A stretch of DNA of 64,000 nucleotides, taken from Polyangiaceae bacterium. GTDB lineage: Bacteria; Myxococcota_A; Polyangia; Polyangiales; Polyangiaceae. Every line of letters begins with the position of its first letter. The stretch's first letter is position 1. Below the pieces are notes generated by a model, which saw only the letters and a list, made by a program, of their open reading frames with translations, did no database searches and was not told the origin of the DNA. The translations under genes were made by a program, and so were the position numbers. The stretch covers positions 1 to 64,000 of the forward strand of contig JBILLK010000011.1 of assembly GCA_044376115.1 (NCBI GenBank), in the 5' to 3' direction. This document shows positions 8,964 through 19,239 of this stretch, in pieces.

Positions 8964-9737
8964 ATGAACAACCTGTCCAAGAAGCTCTCGGTTCCTGCTC
9001 TTTTTGCCTGTCTCCTCGGCTCGTCTGCGCTGGCCGGCTGCGACCAGTTCCTTGCGGACGGCGGGGAGGGGTCGGTCGAGATCACCACGGACACCACTGG
9101 CATGGTCGCCGCAGGCGGCGTCATTGAGCTGCACGCCGACCTGTGGGTCGACGAAAGCGAAGCCGACTGGACGATCTCCTTCTCGGTCGACGGCGGTACC
9201 CCCAGCTCGCCGAGCTTCGGCCGCAACGCTGACGGCTCCGACTACGTCATCATGCAGGTCGACACGATGGGGTTGGCGAACGGCGTGCACGAGGTGGAGC
9301 TCTTGTTGTGGGTCGATGGGGATGAGTACCGCGACGTGACCAGCGTCGAGGTGGTCGACGGTGTTGTGCTCCAGCGCATCCAGGCGAGCAACGTCGGTTG
9401 GGACGGGGACTACGGCGGTGCGCCGGACCCGCAGTTGCAGCTCTTCGACGCGAGCGACAACCGCTGGCTCGGCTGCGCTCGATTGTACGATGGGGTCGCC
9501 TTCCGCCAAGGCGGGATCCCCGTCCTACGCAGCGCTCTCGAGGGCCGCAGCGTCTACCTCGTGCTCAGCGAAAACGACGATGATTCGGGTTGTGACGAGC
9601 CCAGCCTGTGGGCGGACGATCTGCTCGGCAACGCGGATGACTTCGTCGGCCAGAGCGAGCCCTTCACGCTGCAGGACGGTGTGGTCGTCTCCTTCGACAC
9701 CACCACCGCCGCGATCAGCTTCGGCCGCGGTCTATGA
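8964..9737 (+). CDS. Hypothetical acidic lipoprotein
   Basis: MNNLSKK...SALAGC lipobox; Asp-rich beta-type sequence. Confidence 0.7.
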   Translation: MNNLSKKLSVPALFACLLGSSALAGCDQFLADGGEGSVEITTDTTGMVAAGGVIELHADLWVDESEADWTISFSVDGGTPSSPSFGRNADGSDYVIMQVDTMGLANGVHEVELLLWVDGDEYRDVTSVEVVDGVVLQRIQASNVGWDGDYGGAPDPQLQLFDASDNRWLGCARLYDGVAFRQGGIPVLRSALEGRSVYLVLSENDDDSGCDEPSLWADDLLGNADDFVGQSEPFTLQDGVVVSFDTTTAAISFGRGL

Positions 9738-11132
9738 AAAGCGAGCGAGCAGCAGCGCGACCACGAGCGCGAAGATTGCCAAGCCACCGAACACCCAGGC
9801 CAAGCTGCGAAGTCCGTCGCGTCGCTGTTGCTCAACGACCTTCACATTTTGGGCATCGGCCTTGGCTTGCTCCCGCGCGGCCCGCTTCATCGCGCGGCTC
9901 ATCACGATTTCGGCGGCTTCCTTCGCAGCTTGTTCGGGCGTCTTCCGTTTGCGCTTCTCCCGATCGGAGGCGAACAGCAGTTCACCCCGCTGGTCGTACT
10001 GGCGCAGAAAGCCCTCTGGCCCCACCTCCAGCAAGTTGGGCGTGGCGAAAAATAGGCGGTTCGAGCGCGGCCCGCTCCGTAGCTTGATCGTCAGATCGGG
10101 CGCGTCTTTGACGCGCACCCGCACGAGCCGTGCTCCACCTTCGTTGCGCACGGTCACCTTCGGATCCGCGGAGGTCGACGCATGTGGGGCTTGTAACTGC
10201 GCCGCGTCGATCTCCTCTTCGAGCGCGAGCCGTCGCTCTCTCGGTTCGAACCAAATCGGGTCCCGCTCGAACGCGCGAACCCGCCGCCCGACCCGCGCCA
10301 GCGCCGGCCCCTGTTCGCGGTGCTCCGGCGTCGAGCGGAGTTCTTCCTGGACGTGAAATTGCACCGCCAGCGAGCCATCTACGCCGAGCAAGAAGCGCTC
10401 GACCTGCTGCTTCACGTCGCCTCCTTCGGTCGCCACCCAACGATGCCGAAAGCCCGCCAGTACGAGCCATTGCTCAAAGGCTAACGCCGAACATGGGCCG
10501 CTCCAATCGAGCACTTCACGGTCTGCTTCACTTGTCCGCTCTGCGTCGGCGAACAGGCTCTCGCCGATCAGCAGGAAGGGCGCCGGCAAGCGCCGAAGTC
10601 CGCGGCGCAGGAAGGCCTCCGGGATATGCACCACGGTGCTGCAATGCCTGCAGCGCTGGTGCGCCTGCCCGTCGAGCTCGAGCGAGGCCCCGCAGGTGGT
10701 GCAGGGGAAATTCGCCGGTGCAACGTCTTGCGGCAGCGCGCCGAACGCAGGATCTTCCCCGACGACGGCGTCGACAGCGGGCAGCGCGAACGGCTGCGGG
10801 ACGCTCCGTGCGCGATAGTCACAACGGCAAGCCGGACAGGCGTCGTGGCCGTTTGCGAAAGGTTGTCCGCACGCGGAGCAGGTCGCTTGCACACGCGCAA
10901 CCTCCACCTCGAGGCCAGCCACCTTCCACCGCTTGCTCGCCCCTCGCAGGAGGCGCGGTAGTTCGTAGCGAAGCCGTTCACACAAGGCTTCAACCTCGTT
11001 TGGCCGCAGCGAAAAGCTACCGCCGCAGCCATGACAGCGATAAGCGGCCTCCAAGCGATTGACGCCTATGCGCGCGTTGCAGCTCGTGCACACGCGGCCG
11101 AGCTTGATACTCGCCCCCTCAGCGATCGACAC
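9732..11132 (-). CDS. Hypothetical multi zinc-ribbon protein with C-terminal membrane anchor
   Basis: Six CxxC pairs (CTSC, CHGC, CSAC, CPAC, CTTC, CRHC), charged helix, terminal hydrophobic helix. Confidence 0.65.
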   Translation of the reverse strand: MSIAEGASIKLGRVCTSCNARIGVNRLEAAYRCHGCGGSFSLRPNEVEALCERLRYELPRLLRGASKRWKVAGLEVEVARVQATCSACGQPFANGHDACPACRCDYRARSVPQPFALPAVDAVVGEDPAFGALPQDVAPANFPCTTCGASLELDGQAHQRCRHCSTVVHIPEAFLRRGLRRLPAPFLLIGESLFADAERTSEADREVLDWSGPCSALAFEQWLVLAGFRHRWVATEGGDVKQQVERFLLGVDGSLAVQFHVQEELRSTPEHREQGPALARVGRRVRAFERDPIWFEPRERRLALEEEIDAAQLQAPHASTSADPKVTVRNEGGARLVRVRVKDAPDLTIKLRSGPRSNRLFFATPNLLEVGPEGFLRQYDQRGELLFASDREKRKRKTPEQAAKEAAEIVMSRAMKRAAREQAKADAQNVKVVEQQRRDGLRSLAWVFGGLAIFALVVALLLARFS

Positions 11133-11188
11133 GCTCCGCAGCGTAACCGCTTTTCGCCCGCGTCTGGGAGCTGTTACAGCACGTGCGA

Positions 11189-11851
11189 ATGGCCCGCCCA
11201 GCCAACGCCGACTCCGCCGAGACCATCGCGCGCATCATCGCGGCGGCCTTGGAGGAGCTTGCGCAACAAGACGAGCCTACGGCTCCAGCGTTGCGCGCGG
11301 TGGCCAAGCGCGCAGGCGTCGGCTTGGGCACAATCCAGTACTACTTCGAGAGCAAAGAGACGCTGCTCGAGGCCTGTCTCGACGGCTATCACGAACGCTT
11401 GGCGGCCCTCGCGGGTAGCCTGACGTCCAGCCTCAGACACGGTTTCTCGCAGTCTACGCCAACCGAGTTCGTGGATGCGGCGGTGGCTGCGCTCTTCGCC
11501 TTTGCGCGCAAGGAGCGCGGCTTGCTGCGTTTTCGCGCGGCGGCCACCTTCAGCCGCGGGGAGCTCGCTCCGCCGCGTCAGCGCGACTTCATGGGCGGGC
11601 TCTCGGAGTTGGCGGCGGACGCGCTGTCCCCGCATGTCAACGTCCCTCTCTTGGACGCGCGCTTGGCGGTGCACGCGATGTCGGCGACGATCGTGCGCTT
11701 TGCGCTGATGAGCGACGCTGAGGTCGCTTGGGCGACGGGCCTCTCGGGGGAGGCTGCGCACGCGGCGATGTCGGCGTACGTTCCACGCGCGGCGCGCAGG
11801 CTGTTGCGGCTGCCCGAGCAAAGCGAAGACGGTCTCGAGATAAAGCGCTAG
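11189..11851 (+). CDS. TetR/AcrR family transcriptional regulator
   Basis: LRAVAKRAGVGLGTIQYYFESKETLL HTH. Confidence 0.9.
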   Translation: MARPANADSAETIARIIAAALEELAQQDEPTAPALRAVAKRAGVGLGTIQYYFESKETLLEACLDGYHERLAALAGSLTSSLRHGFSQSTPTEFVDAAVAALFAFARKERGLLRFRAAATFSRGELAPPRQRDFMGGLSELAADALSPHVNVPLLDARLAVHAMSATIVRFALMSDAEVAWATGLSGEAAHAAMSAYVPRAARRLLRLPEQSEDGLEIKR

Positions 11852-11942
11852 GCACACGCTGGTCTGCGCAAATTCTCTCGCCTCTTGTACAGCGTACGAT
11901 TCCAGCAAGAGAGCCCCAGGCCGTTCGCAACGTACTCGCTGC

Positions 11943-12260
11943 ATGCTCAAACGCACGGCGCTGAAGCTGATCGGAGGAATCGTCTTTCTGCTCTTCCTTT
12001 TTGGGCTGAGCAGGGCGTTCCGCTACTACTCGTCGTACAAGGCAGACGCCGAAGCCGACGAGCTGTTGCAACAGGCCTGCGGTCATTTGCGCGAACTATC
12101 GTCCAAGCCGCTGCCGACCTGCGAGTCGGAGCTGACCGCTGAACGGAAGGCGTTGGGCGGCTTTTACACGCGTAAGCTGCGTTGTCTCAAGGGGCTACCC
12201 AACCTCGACGGCTTCAAGCAGTGTTCGAGCGTCGCGCACCTCCAAAGTTTCCCTGAGTGA
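11943..12260 (+). CDS. Small membrane-anchored Cys-containing hypothetical protein
   Basis: N-terminal TM helix, four Cys. Confidence 0.55.
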   Translation: MLKRTALKLIGGIVFLLFLFGLSRAFRYYSSYKADAEADELLQQACGHLRELSSKPLPTCESELTAERKALGGFYTRKLRCLKGLPNLDGFKQCSSVAHLQSFPE

Positions 12261-12272
12261 AAGGTTCGCGCG

Positions 12273-14285
12273 ATGAACGCTCGCTCCAGTACTGTGCGTC
12301 GTTACCAGCGCCTTGCCGCCTGGCTCTTGCTCGGGATACTCGCCGTAGTTGCAGGTTGGGCCTCGCTGCCGAACGAGCCTGCTTCTCTCGCGGGCAGCCC
12401 GGCCGCGCAGCTTGCAGCGCCGCTCCTGCAAACGACGCCAGCACCGAAGCTGAAACAGCGCTCGTCGGGCGCGGCTTCGCATCGGCTGAGCGGCCTTGTC
12501 CTGGAGGTCGAAGGCGGCCCAATCCCGTTCGCGCAGATCCTTTGCAGCGATGAGGATGGCGAAACCAACGAGTACGTGAGCGATGCGCGCGGCCAGTTCG
12601 AACTCGAGAGCGACTCCGAGGAAGTCGAGCTCACCGTCTCGGCGCCTGGGTTCATCGCGGAGTTCGTTACGGTGCGCTTGCCGAAGGAGGGCGTCAGGAT
12701 CGAACTCGAGCATAGCCTCGAGCTTTTGGGTCAGGTCGTCCGCGAGGACAACGGTGCCCCTGTGGCGAACGCTCTTGTAGAAACCAACCTGACGCAAGGA
12801 CCGCGCGATGAAGACGAAAGCGTGCGAGCCGACAGCGACGGTCGCTTTCGTATCTCGGAGCTACCGCCTGGTTCCTACACCCCACACGCACGAGCCGCTG
12901 GCTTGTTCGGGATCGCAGCTCCGGTGACGCTCGCGAAGGGGACTGTCGCCGAGCCGATCCTCATTCGCGTTCGTCCGGCGCCAACCGCGCGGTTGCGAGT
13001 CGAGCTCGACGATCACGAGCCTTGCGCCGAAGGGTCGGTGACCCTCTCGTCGAGGGTGTTCGGCGGGTTCGAGGCCAGCACCGATGCACAAGGGCTTGCC
13101 TTGTTCGAGGGCCTCCCGAACTCGACGTACGTGGTCAGCGTGAGCTGCGATGCGCCCGAGCTAAAGTCGGAGGAGGCGCCGCTCGAGCTAACCGAGCGCG
13201 ACGTCGATCTCGTCTATGTCCTCCGGCGCGGCCTTACCATTTCCGGCGTGGTCGTCGATGGCGACGGTCAGCCTGTGGAGGACGAGCGGGTCGCGGGCAT
13301 TCTCGTATTCGAGGGAGAGGGCTCAACACCGGTACTTGCCGGTACGTCGAATGAACAGGGTCGGTTCACGCTCCACGGCTTGGTTGAGGGCAGGTATGAA
13401 GTCGGCATCCTCGCCGGCAGGGAGCCCACGCTCGTCGATGTGGCCGTGGGGGCTGAGCCAATTGACGTGGTGGTGATCGTTGACGCTCAGCGCTTGTACG
13501 GTCGCATCGTCGATGAGCACGGTAGCGGTATCGCGGAAGCCAATCTCCACGCCGAGGACGTTGAAGGTCACAATGGGCTTAGCTTTGATACCGATGAAGA
13601 TGGTCGCTTTGACGTCACCCATCTAAGCCCAGGCGACTTCACCATCAAAGCAACGCTATTGGGTAAGCCGCTGCCTTTGACTCGAGAGCCAGCGCTGATA
13701 CGGCTTCCTATGAAGCAGGAGCTCATCCTCGTCGCGCGAGCGCCGTCGGCCGAGGTCAATGGTTTGGTTCGTGACGCGCTCGGTCCGCGCGCGGGGGTGT
13801 TGGTGGATCTAGAGAATGAAGAGTCCTTCGTTGGATCTACCCAGACCGACGAAGCAGGTCGCTTCAAGCTCCGTCACGTCGCCTGCGAGGGTGGTTGCAC
13901 GCTCACCGCTGAGGCGAGCAGCGGAGAAACGGCTACTGCCCTGGGAGTGCGGCCAGGCAACGTTGGTTCGCTCATGCTGCGAGCGGCCGCCTCGCTACGC
14001 GGCACCGTTCGAGATGCCCCAGCGTCGTTCTCGGTTTCCGTTCAGGGGCGAACCTTTCAGGTTTTCCATCAGACCCAAGGCCGCTTTGCGTTGCGTGACC
14101 TTCCGGCGGGTAAACACGTCGTGTCGGTCCAAACCGATGACCGCTTCGCCGTGGCGGAGGTCACGCTCGAGCCAGGTGAAAGCCGAAGCCTCGAGCTTGC
14201 CCTCAAGCTGGGCTCGAGTGATGACGCTGACGAGGCGTTCGATGACTTAGTTTTCGCTGCCAGCCGCGACCAGCCGAGCCACTGA
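12273..14285 (+). CDS. Carboxypeptidase regulatory-like domain repeat protein
   Basis: Repeated G.V.D..G.P...A.V / TD..GRF.L..L.PG.Y units; N-terminal TM or signal. Confidence 0.85.
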   Translation: MNARSSTVRRYQRLAAWLLLGILAVVAGWASLPNEPASLAGSPAAQLAAPLLQTTPAPKLKQRSSGAASHRLSGLVLEVEGGPIPFAQILCSDEDGETNEYVSDARGQFELESDSEEVELTVSAPGFIAEFVTVRLPKEGVRIELEHSLELLGQVVREDNGAPVANALVETNLTQGPRDEDESVRADSDGRFRISELPPGSYTPHARAAGLFGIAAPVTLAKGTVAEPILIRVRPAPTARLRVELDDHEPCAEGSVTLSSRVFGGFEASTDAQGLALFEGLPNSTYVVSVSCDAPELKSEEAPLELTERDVDLVYVLRRGLTISGVVVDGDGQPVEDERVAGILVFEGEGSTPVLAGTSNEQGRFTLHGLVEGRYEVGILAGREPTLVDVAVGAEPIDVVVIVDAQRLYGRIVDEHGSGIAEANLHAEDVEGHNGLSFDTDEDGRFDVTHLSPGDFTIKATLLGKPLPLTREPALIRLPMKQELILVARAPSAEVNGLVRDALGPRAGVLVDLENEESFVGSTQTDEAGRFKLRHVACEGGCTLTAEASSGETATALGVRPGNVGSLMLRAAASLRGTVRDAPASFSVSVQGRTFQVFHQTQGRFALRDLPAGKHVVSVQTDDRFAVAEVTLEPGESRSLELALKLGSSDDADEAFDDLVFAASRDQPSH

Positions 14286-16255
14286 CCCAAGCCGGTGGTG
14301 TCGCTGGAGCTCGAGAACAGCGTGGTACCGTCGTCGGAGAAGCGAAGCGCGACGCAGTCTCCGCGATGTCCCACTGCGGTTACCGCTTCGCTACCGTCGG
14401 CGACCCGCAATAGCGAGATCTTGCTGGAGTGGGTTCCAGCGGCGATCCATTGCCCATCGGGCGAAAATGCTAGCGCTGTGACCGGGCCGGAGACGTCTAG
14501 GGTGCTCAGCGCCTGGCCGTCCTTCTTGTAGATATCGATGTAGCCTGACCAAGCGACGGCAACCAATTTGCCGTCGGGCGAAGCCGTGATGACCCCGGCT
14601 CGAGAAGACAGCTCAGCGATCAGTCCGCCCTCGGGATCGACGATGCGCGCTCCTTGCCTGTCCGCCACGGCGATGCGATCACCGGCTCCAGAAACGCTGA
14701 GCGAAACGGCTGCGTCCTCCCGCGCGATCTCGGTCACGCGAGCGTTGCGTCCGATCTTGAGCTGGTAGCCCTGGCTCCAAGAGCCCCCGCTGCTCGCCCA
14801 GGTGGCGCCGTCTGCGCTGAAGGCCGCAATCGAACTCGGGTGGATGGGAGTTGCCTCGAGCACCCCGCGGTCGAGGTCGATGTGGCGCAAGTAGCCGTCC
14901 CCCGAGAGTGTCCGGAGCTCACGTGAGCCATTGGTGGGGAGAAAGGTGAGGGCCCTTAAGTCGAACATCGGCCGCATTCGATCGTCTTTCGGTTCGATCG
15001 GGCCGGAGCTTGCGACCTCGAAGACGTGGGTTCGCGCGTGCGACCCCACGTCCCACACGTGAATCGCCCGCTCAGCCGTGGTTGCAAGCCTCTGGCCGTC
15101 GGCCGAAAGAGCCAGTGCCAGAGCAGCGCTATCGGCGCCAGCGAGCTGTAAGACTGGTTGCTCGCGCTCGCGATCCCACGCCCACACCGACTGCCTTGCG
15201 CCGGCATAAATACGTTTGCCGTCTTTGCTGAACTGAATCGACTTGAGGCTCACGTCCGTCGGTCCAATCGCCTGTGTTTTGGCGCCAGTAGCGACGTCCA
15301 ACAGGGAGAGGGAATGTTGGTCGTCTCGCAGGGCCACGGCTAGCGTTTTTCCGTCGGGCGCGAAGGCCAGGCTCTCCCCAAGGCCAGCTCTGAGGTCTGC
15401 GGTCCAGCGCACAGTATTCGACCCAAGTTCGATCAGCTCGACCTTGAATAGGTCAGCGTAGGCCAAGAGGTCTCCACGCGGCGATACCGCGAGTGTCTTG
15501 GCGTTCACCTTGCGCGCGAGCTTGCGCTGCTCAGCACCCGTCGCAACGTCCCAGGCGCGCAGCCAGTCGCTGGTGTCAGCGCTGAAGAGCAACTTCGAGT
15601 CGGGGCTCCAGGCCAGGCTCTCGGCGCGGCCCCAGGGAACCTCTCCGCGGTTTGGCAGCTTGATGGTCCTCCGCAGTTCACCGGTGCGAGCGTCACGCAG
15701 CGAGATCCCCCACGCATCGAAGGCGACGGCGAGTATCTTCTCGTCGGGGGAGATCGAAAAGGCCGAGATCGAAGCCTTCTCTCCCGCGACGAGGGCGGTG
15801 ACGCCGGTGCCGTTATCGTTGCGCACCTGAAGGATGTCCTGACCCCGCGCGGCCCAGACCAGGCCCTCCGGACCGAAGACGGCTGCTCCGAAACCTTGCC
15901 AGCCCATGCCGCGTTCGTAGTGAAGCTCCCGCCCGTCGCTGGCGCTCCAAACGTGCAAACTCCCACCCGCTGTCACGATCGAGGAGCCATCGGCAGAGAG
16001 CGCCAGTGAGCGGATCGGCGCTTCGTGACGAAGCCGTTGCGTGCCGAAGCGAGCGACAGCGTTGAGCGGCAACGGATCTCCGACGCGGTCATAGCCAGCC
16101 TTGGGCGGAGCCTCTTTCGGCGGTGCGGCGACCGCTGCCGACGCGCTGGCGCTGCCGACTTGCGTTGGGGCCTCGCGAGGAGGAAGCGCAGCCGGCAAGC
16201 CAGGCTCTTGTCCGGAGCACGCAGCGAGCAGCAGCAACAAAGAGATCGGTCGCAT
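14069..16255 (-). CDS. WD40 repeat lipoprotein; the native 3' end appears lost at ~14287
   Basis: LLAAC lipobox; GDPLP..AVARFGT.RLRH motif; many LA[FW]SPDG..LA / WD repeats; last ~70 codons overlap the convergent gene. Confidence 0.85.
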   Translation of the reverse strand: MRPISLLLLLAACSGQEPGLPAALPPREAPTQVGSASASAAVAAPPKEAPPKAGYDRVGDPLPLNAVARFGTQRLRHEAPIRSLALSADGSSIVTAGGSLHVWSASDGRELHYERGMGWQGFGAAVFGPEGLVWAARGQDILQVRNDNGTGVTALVAGEKASISAFSISPDEKILAVAFDAWGISLRDARTGELRRTIKLPNRGEVPWGRAESLAWSPDSKLLFSADTSDWLRAWDVATGAEQRKLARKVNAKTLAVSPRGDLLAYADLFKVELIELGSNTVRWTADLRAGLGESLAFAPDGKTLAVALRDDQHSLSLLDVATGAKTQAIGPTDVSLKSIQFSKDGKRIYAGARQSVWAWDREREQPVLQLAGADSAALALALSADGQRLATTAERAIHVWDVGSHARTHVFEVASSGPIEPKDDRMRPMFDLRALTFLPTNGSRELRTLSGDGYLRHIDLDRGVLEATPIHPSSIAAFSADGATWASSGGSWSQGYQLKIGRNARVTEIAREDAAVSLSVSGAGDRIAVADRQGARIVDPEGGLIAELSSRAGVITASPDGKLVAVAWSGYIDIYKKDGQALSTLDVSGPVTALAFSPDGQWIAAGTHSSKISLLRVADGSEAVTAVGHRGDCVALRFSDDGTTLFSSSSDTTGLGQWLGWSRLAAKTKSSNASSASSLEPSLRASSRLRLSPGSSVTSATAKRSSVWTDTTCLPAGRSRNAKRPWV

Positions 16256-16259
16256 TGCT

Positions 16260-16775
16260 TTAGACCGCCGCGGCCAGCCGTTCTTCCAACGCCGCGATCA
16301 TCTGCTCGGTCGCCGGCCGATGCGGACAGTCGCGGGCGAGCTGAAGCTGCGTCGCGGCTTGTTCGGGGTTGCCCTCCTCGATATCGATGGCCGCGAGGTG
16401 GCAGTGAATCACGCTGCGCATATTGTCGGTGCGCAGCGGTCCTTGCCCTGCCCGGAGGAAGTGCTCTCGCGCCGCCCGCAAGCTACCCAGCCGTTGGGCC
16501 ACCGTGCCCGACAAGAACTCGAAGTAGGCCTTGTCCTGCGGGCGCAAGAGCGTCGTGAACCTGGTTTGCCCCAACAACCGGACGACGCCGTCTTCATCGC
16601 CTTGCAGGTGCGCTTGGAAAGCGGCGTGCACCGTGCCGTAGCGCAAGTAGCCCCACAACAACAGGATGGGCCCTGCGAGCACGACCCAGCCGAACCAACT
16701 GCCCGAGCGCAACAGCAGCGTCGAAAGGATCAACATCAAGACAGTCATCAGCAGTCGCGAGGGCAGGCCGAACAC
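16260..16775 (-). CDS. Membrane protein with TPR-like C-terminus
   Basis: Two TM helices followed by a helical repeat pattern. Confidence 0.6.
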   Translation of the reverse strand: MFGLPSRLLMTVLMLILSTLLLRSGSWFGWVVLAGPILLLWGYLRYGTVHAAFQAHLQGDEDGVVRLLGQTRFTTLLRPQDKAYFEFLSGTVAQRLGSLRAAREHFLRAGQGPLRTDNMRSVIHCHLAAIDIEEGNPEQAATQLQLARDCPHRPATEQMIAALEERLAAAV

Positions 16776-16784
16776 GCCGCCAGC

Positions 16785-17852
16785 TTACCCGGGCCCGTTC
16801 TGGACCTCACCTTGATAGCTACGCGAAGGCACCCCAACCACGACCTCCATCACCTTGTTGTCGCTGTACGGCATGGGCAGGTACAGCGCATCGAGGCGGA
16901 ATCCCCCAACCCCATTGCCGAACTCGACGCCGTGCGCGTACTGCGTAGGGTCACTATTCCAATCCAGGTACACGCTCTTCTCTCCTTCCTTCGTGATCCT
17001 GAAGAGCTGGAACGACTGGAAGTTCGCGACGTAGAGATTGCCGCAGGCATCCACCGCGACCCCATCGACGAAGCCCGACTCGCGTGAGAGCTCGGCGAGA
17101 ACTTGCAGCGGGCCCGTCGCGCTCGAGCTTGCGTCGAGCGCTGTCACTTGCACCTGAACCGGCATGCCGGAGATACCTAAGTAAAGCCGGTCGAACGCGG
17201 GGCTAAAGTCGAAGCTGCGGATCGCTGCTGTCCCAGGGACTGTCACGACCACCTGGGAAACGCCGGACATAGGGTCCACTCGCAGGACCGATGCACCATC
17301 CGCCACATAGAGCTGTTGCTCGGGCCCCACGCGAAGCCCGTACCCGCTTATTTCTGAGTTGACGGTATATCGCTGAGCGTCGGGCGTGAGACCCTCGAGC
17401 CCGTTGTCCGAGTAGAGGAACAGATCACCGCCTGCGCCGAACGCAAGCTGATGCGCAAAGACGTCGGACATGAGCGGCATCCAATCCCCCTGGTAGGACG
17501 AACGAATCAGGGTATTCCCGCTGTCCAATCCGTACATCCGGCCTTGTTCGTCGATGGCGAGTCCGTGATAGCCGCGTGGTCCAGAGAGGATGGTGCTGGA
17601 GAGCGGCTGGTCAGGCGCTAATGCGCAATCAAACACCGGCGCAAACCCCGCTCCCCCGTTGCTCCCCGCAGCGCCTCCGCCTCCAGTCTCTTTCCCGCCA
17701 CTCCCTACGCTGGTGCCGCCGCCGAGATGGTCGTCCTGGGCATTCGACGAACAGCAAGACCATAACAACATAAACGCCAAAGCCAGTTTGTAGCAGGCCG
17801 CTGCGGGAGTGGACTGGGATCCAGAGCGGCGGAGTAGGTTGGCGGGTCGCAT
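16785..17852 (-). CDS. SMP-30/gluconolactonase-like beta-propeller secreted protein
   Basis: GYHGLAID..G and DGVAVDACGNLYV motifs; Gly-rich linker; true start may be nearer 17771. Confidence 0.7.
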   Translation of the reverse strand: MRPANLLRRSGSQSTPAAACYKLALAFMLLWSCCSSNAQDDHLGGGTSVGSGGKETGGGGAAGSNGGAGFAPVFDCALAPDQPLSSTILSGPRGYHGLAIDEQGRMYGLDSGNTLIRSSYQGDWMPLMSDVFAHQLAFGAGGDLFLYSDNGLEGLTPDAQRYTVNSEISGYGLRVGPEQQLYVADGASVLRVDPMSGVSQVVVTVPGTAAIRSFDFSPAFDRLYLGISGMPVQVQVTALDASSSATGPLQVLAELSRESGFVDGVAVDACGNLYVANFQSFQLFRITKEGEKSVYLDWNSDPTQYAHGVEFGNGVGGFRLDALYLPMPYSDNKVMEVVVGVPSRSYQGEVQNGPG

Positions 17853-17864
17853 CTCGCGTGGCGG

Positions 17865-17954
17865 CTAACTTCGAAGGATCTTCGCGAGCGGTTTGCCCTT
17901 CGCGAGTTCGTCGACCAACTTATCGAGGTAGCGGATCTTTTGCATCAGCGGGTG
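17865..17954 (-). pseudogene. C-terminal remnant of a DUF2200 family gene
   Basis: Manual translation [29 protein letters not shown] matches the recalled DUF2200 C-terminus; upstream sequence is unrelated. Confidence 0.75.
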
Positions 17955-17991
17955 CCTCCCGTCGGCGCGCCGGTTCGTGTAACGAAGAAAC

Positions 17992-18771
17992 ATGGGACCG
18001 CACCTCGCCGTTAACCCGGCGCAGTGGAGTGAACTGCTCGAACTGCTCGCAACATCCGGGCTCTCCGATCGTCATCAGCAGCTCGCCGAGCTTGTCCGCT
18101 GTGGCATCGCTTTGCGCTCGCGAGAGCTACGCAAGGAGGATCTCGAGCTCGGCGTGAGTCGGCTGGGCGGCGAGCCGGATCTCGAACGAGGCTCTTCGTG
18201 GCCGACCGCGGAAGGCGAGCCGCTGCGTTTCGTCGTGCAGGTCAACCTCCCCGAGCTCGCGGCGTTCGATGTCGACAAGCTGCTGCCCGAGACCGGCCTA
18301 CTCTCGATGTTCGCGGACCGCTGGGGTCGTGAAGTGCGGGTCGTTCACGCTCATGACCTCGCGGAACTCGAGCGCCGCTCCGCTCCTCGCGAAGAGCCGA
18401 ACCCGATTCGCCCGTGCGGATTCGACCTCGCGGCAGAGTTGCAGCTCCCTCCGCCGCGCTCGGACCTGTTTGGTGAATCGACCTTCGCTCGCGATGAAGA
18501 GGCCGCAGAACGCTACTGGGACGAGATCTGGCTACCCTGGACTGAACGCCTTCGGCCGGGGGCCGCCGGAACGTGTGGTGTGCACCAGTTGCTCGGCTAC
18601 TGCATGGCGGAAAATCTTGAGGAGCAGGCCGCCGGCGAGCACGTGCTGTTCGGGATCGACAGCGATGACCGAGCGAATCTGCAATGGGGCGACGTCCACT
18701 GTTTGTGGGTCCTGCAGCAGCATGAGGCGCTCGCGCAGCGGCGATGGGCTTCGCTGCGCTCGGCGATGTGA
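17992..18771 (+). CDS. YwqG/DUF1963 family protein
   Basis: SRLGGEPDL...WP...[31 protein letters not shown]. Confidence 0.85.
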   Translation: MGPHLAVNPAQWSELLELLATSGLSDRHQQLAELVRCGIALRSRELRKEDLELGVSRLGGEPDLERGSSWPTAEGEPLRFVVQVNLPELAAFDVDKLLPETGLLSMFADRWGREVRVVHAHDLAELERRSAPREEPNPIRPCGFDLAAELQLPPPRSDLFGESTFARDEEAAERYWDEIWLPWTERLRPGAAGTCGVHQLLGYCMAENLEEQAAGEHVLFGIDSDDRANLQWGDVHCLWVLQQHEALAQRRWASLRSAM

Positions 18772-18804
18772 ACGTGCGCATCCGGAGACGAACCGCCGGT
18801 TCGC

Positions 18805-19209
18805 TCAGTTGACCGGAGAACAGAGCTCCACCAAGAAGCCGTTCAGGTCGCGAACGTAGGAGACGGTCTGCCCCCACGGCTTGTCCGTTGGCTCGACCAC
18901 GGCGATGGCGCCCGCGGCCAGGGAGGCGTCGAAGGCCGCGCGCACGTTCTCTACCACCAACGCCACCTCGGCAGCCGCGGCCTTTCGCTCCGCGCGGCTC
19001 GGCTCAATGGTTCCACGTGCGAGCATCTCGCCCTCATCGGCAAACGCCAGCGCAGTCGCGCCAGTCTCCATTTCAGCGTACTGCTCCGATTCGTGGACGA
19101 AGCGCCGCGCGAGACCAAACGCGCGCTCGTAGAACGCCACGGCGTCGAGCACGTTGGGGACGTACAGAATGAGGTAGCCGAGCTTCGGCTGGGGGCTGGT
19201 TTCAGACAT
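18805..19209 (-). CDS. VOC/glyoxalase family protein
   Basis: YLILYV...A..FY..AFG; KPWGQTVSYVRD.NG.LVEL; GGAG RBS. Confidence 0.9.
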   Translation of the reverse strand: MSETSPQPKLGYLILYVPNVLDAVAFYERAFGLARRFVHESEQYAEMETGATALAFADEGEMLARGTIEPSRAERKAAAAEVALVVENVRAAFDASLAAGAIAVVEPTDKPWGQTVSYVRDLNGFLVELCSPVN

Positions 19210-19239
19210 GAGCGACTCTCCTTTTTGTGAGTCCTCTAC

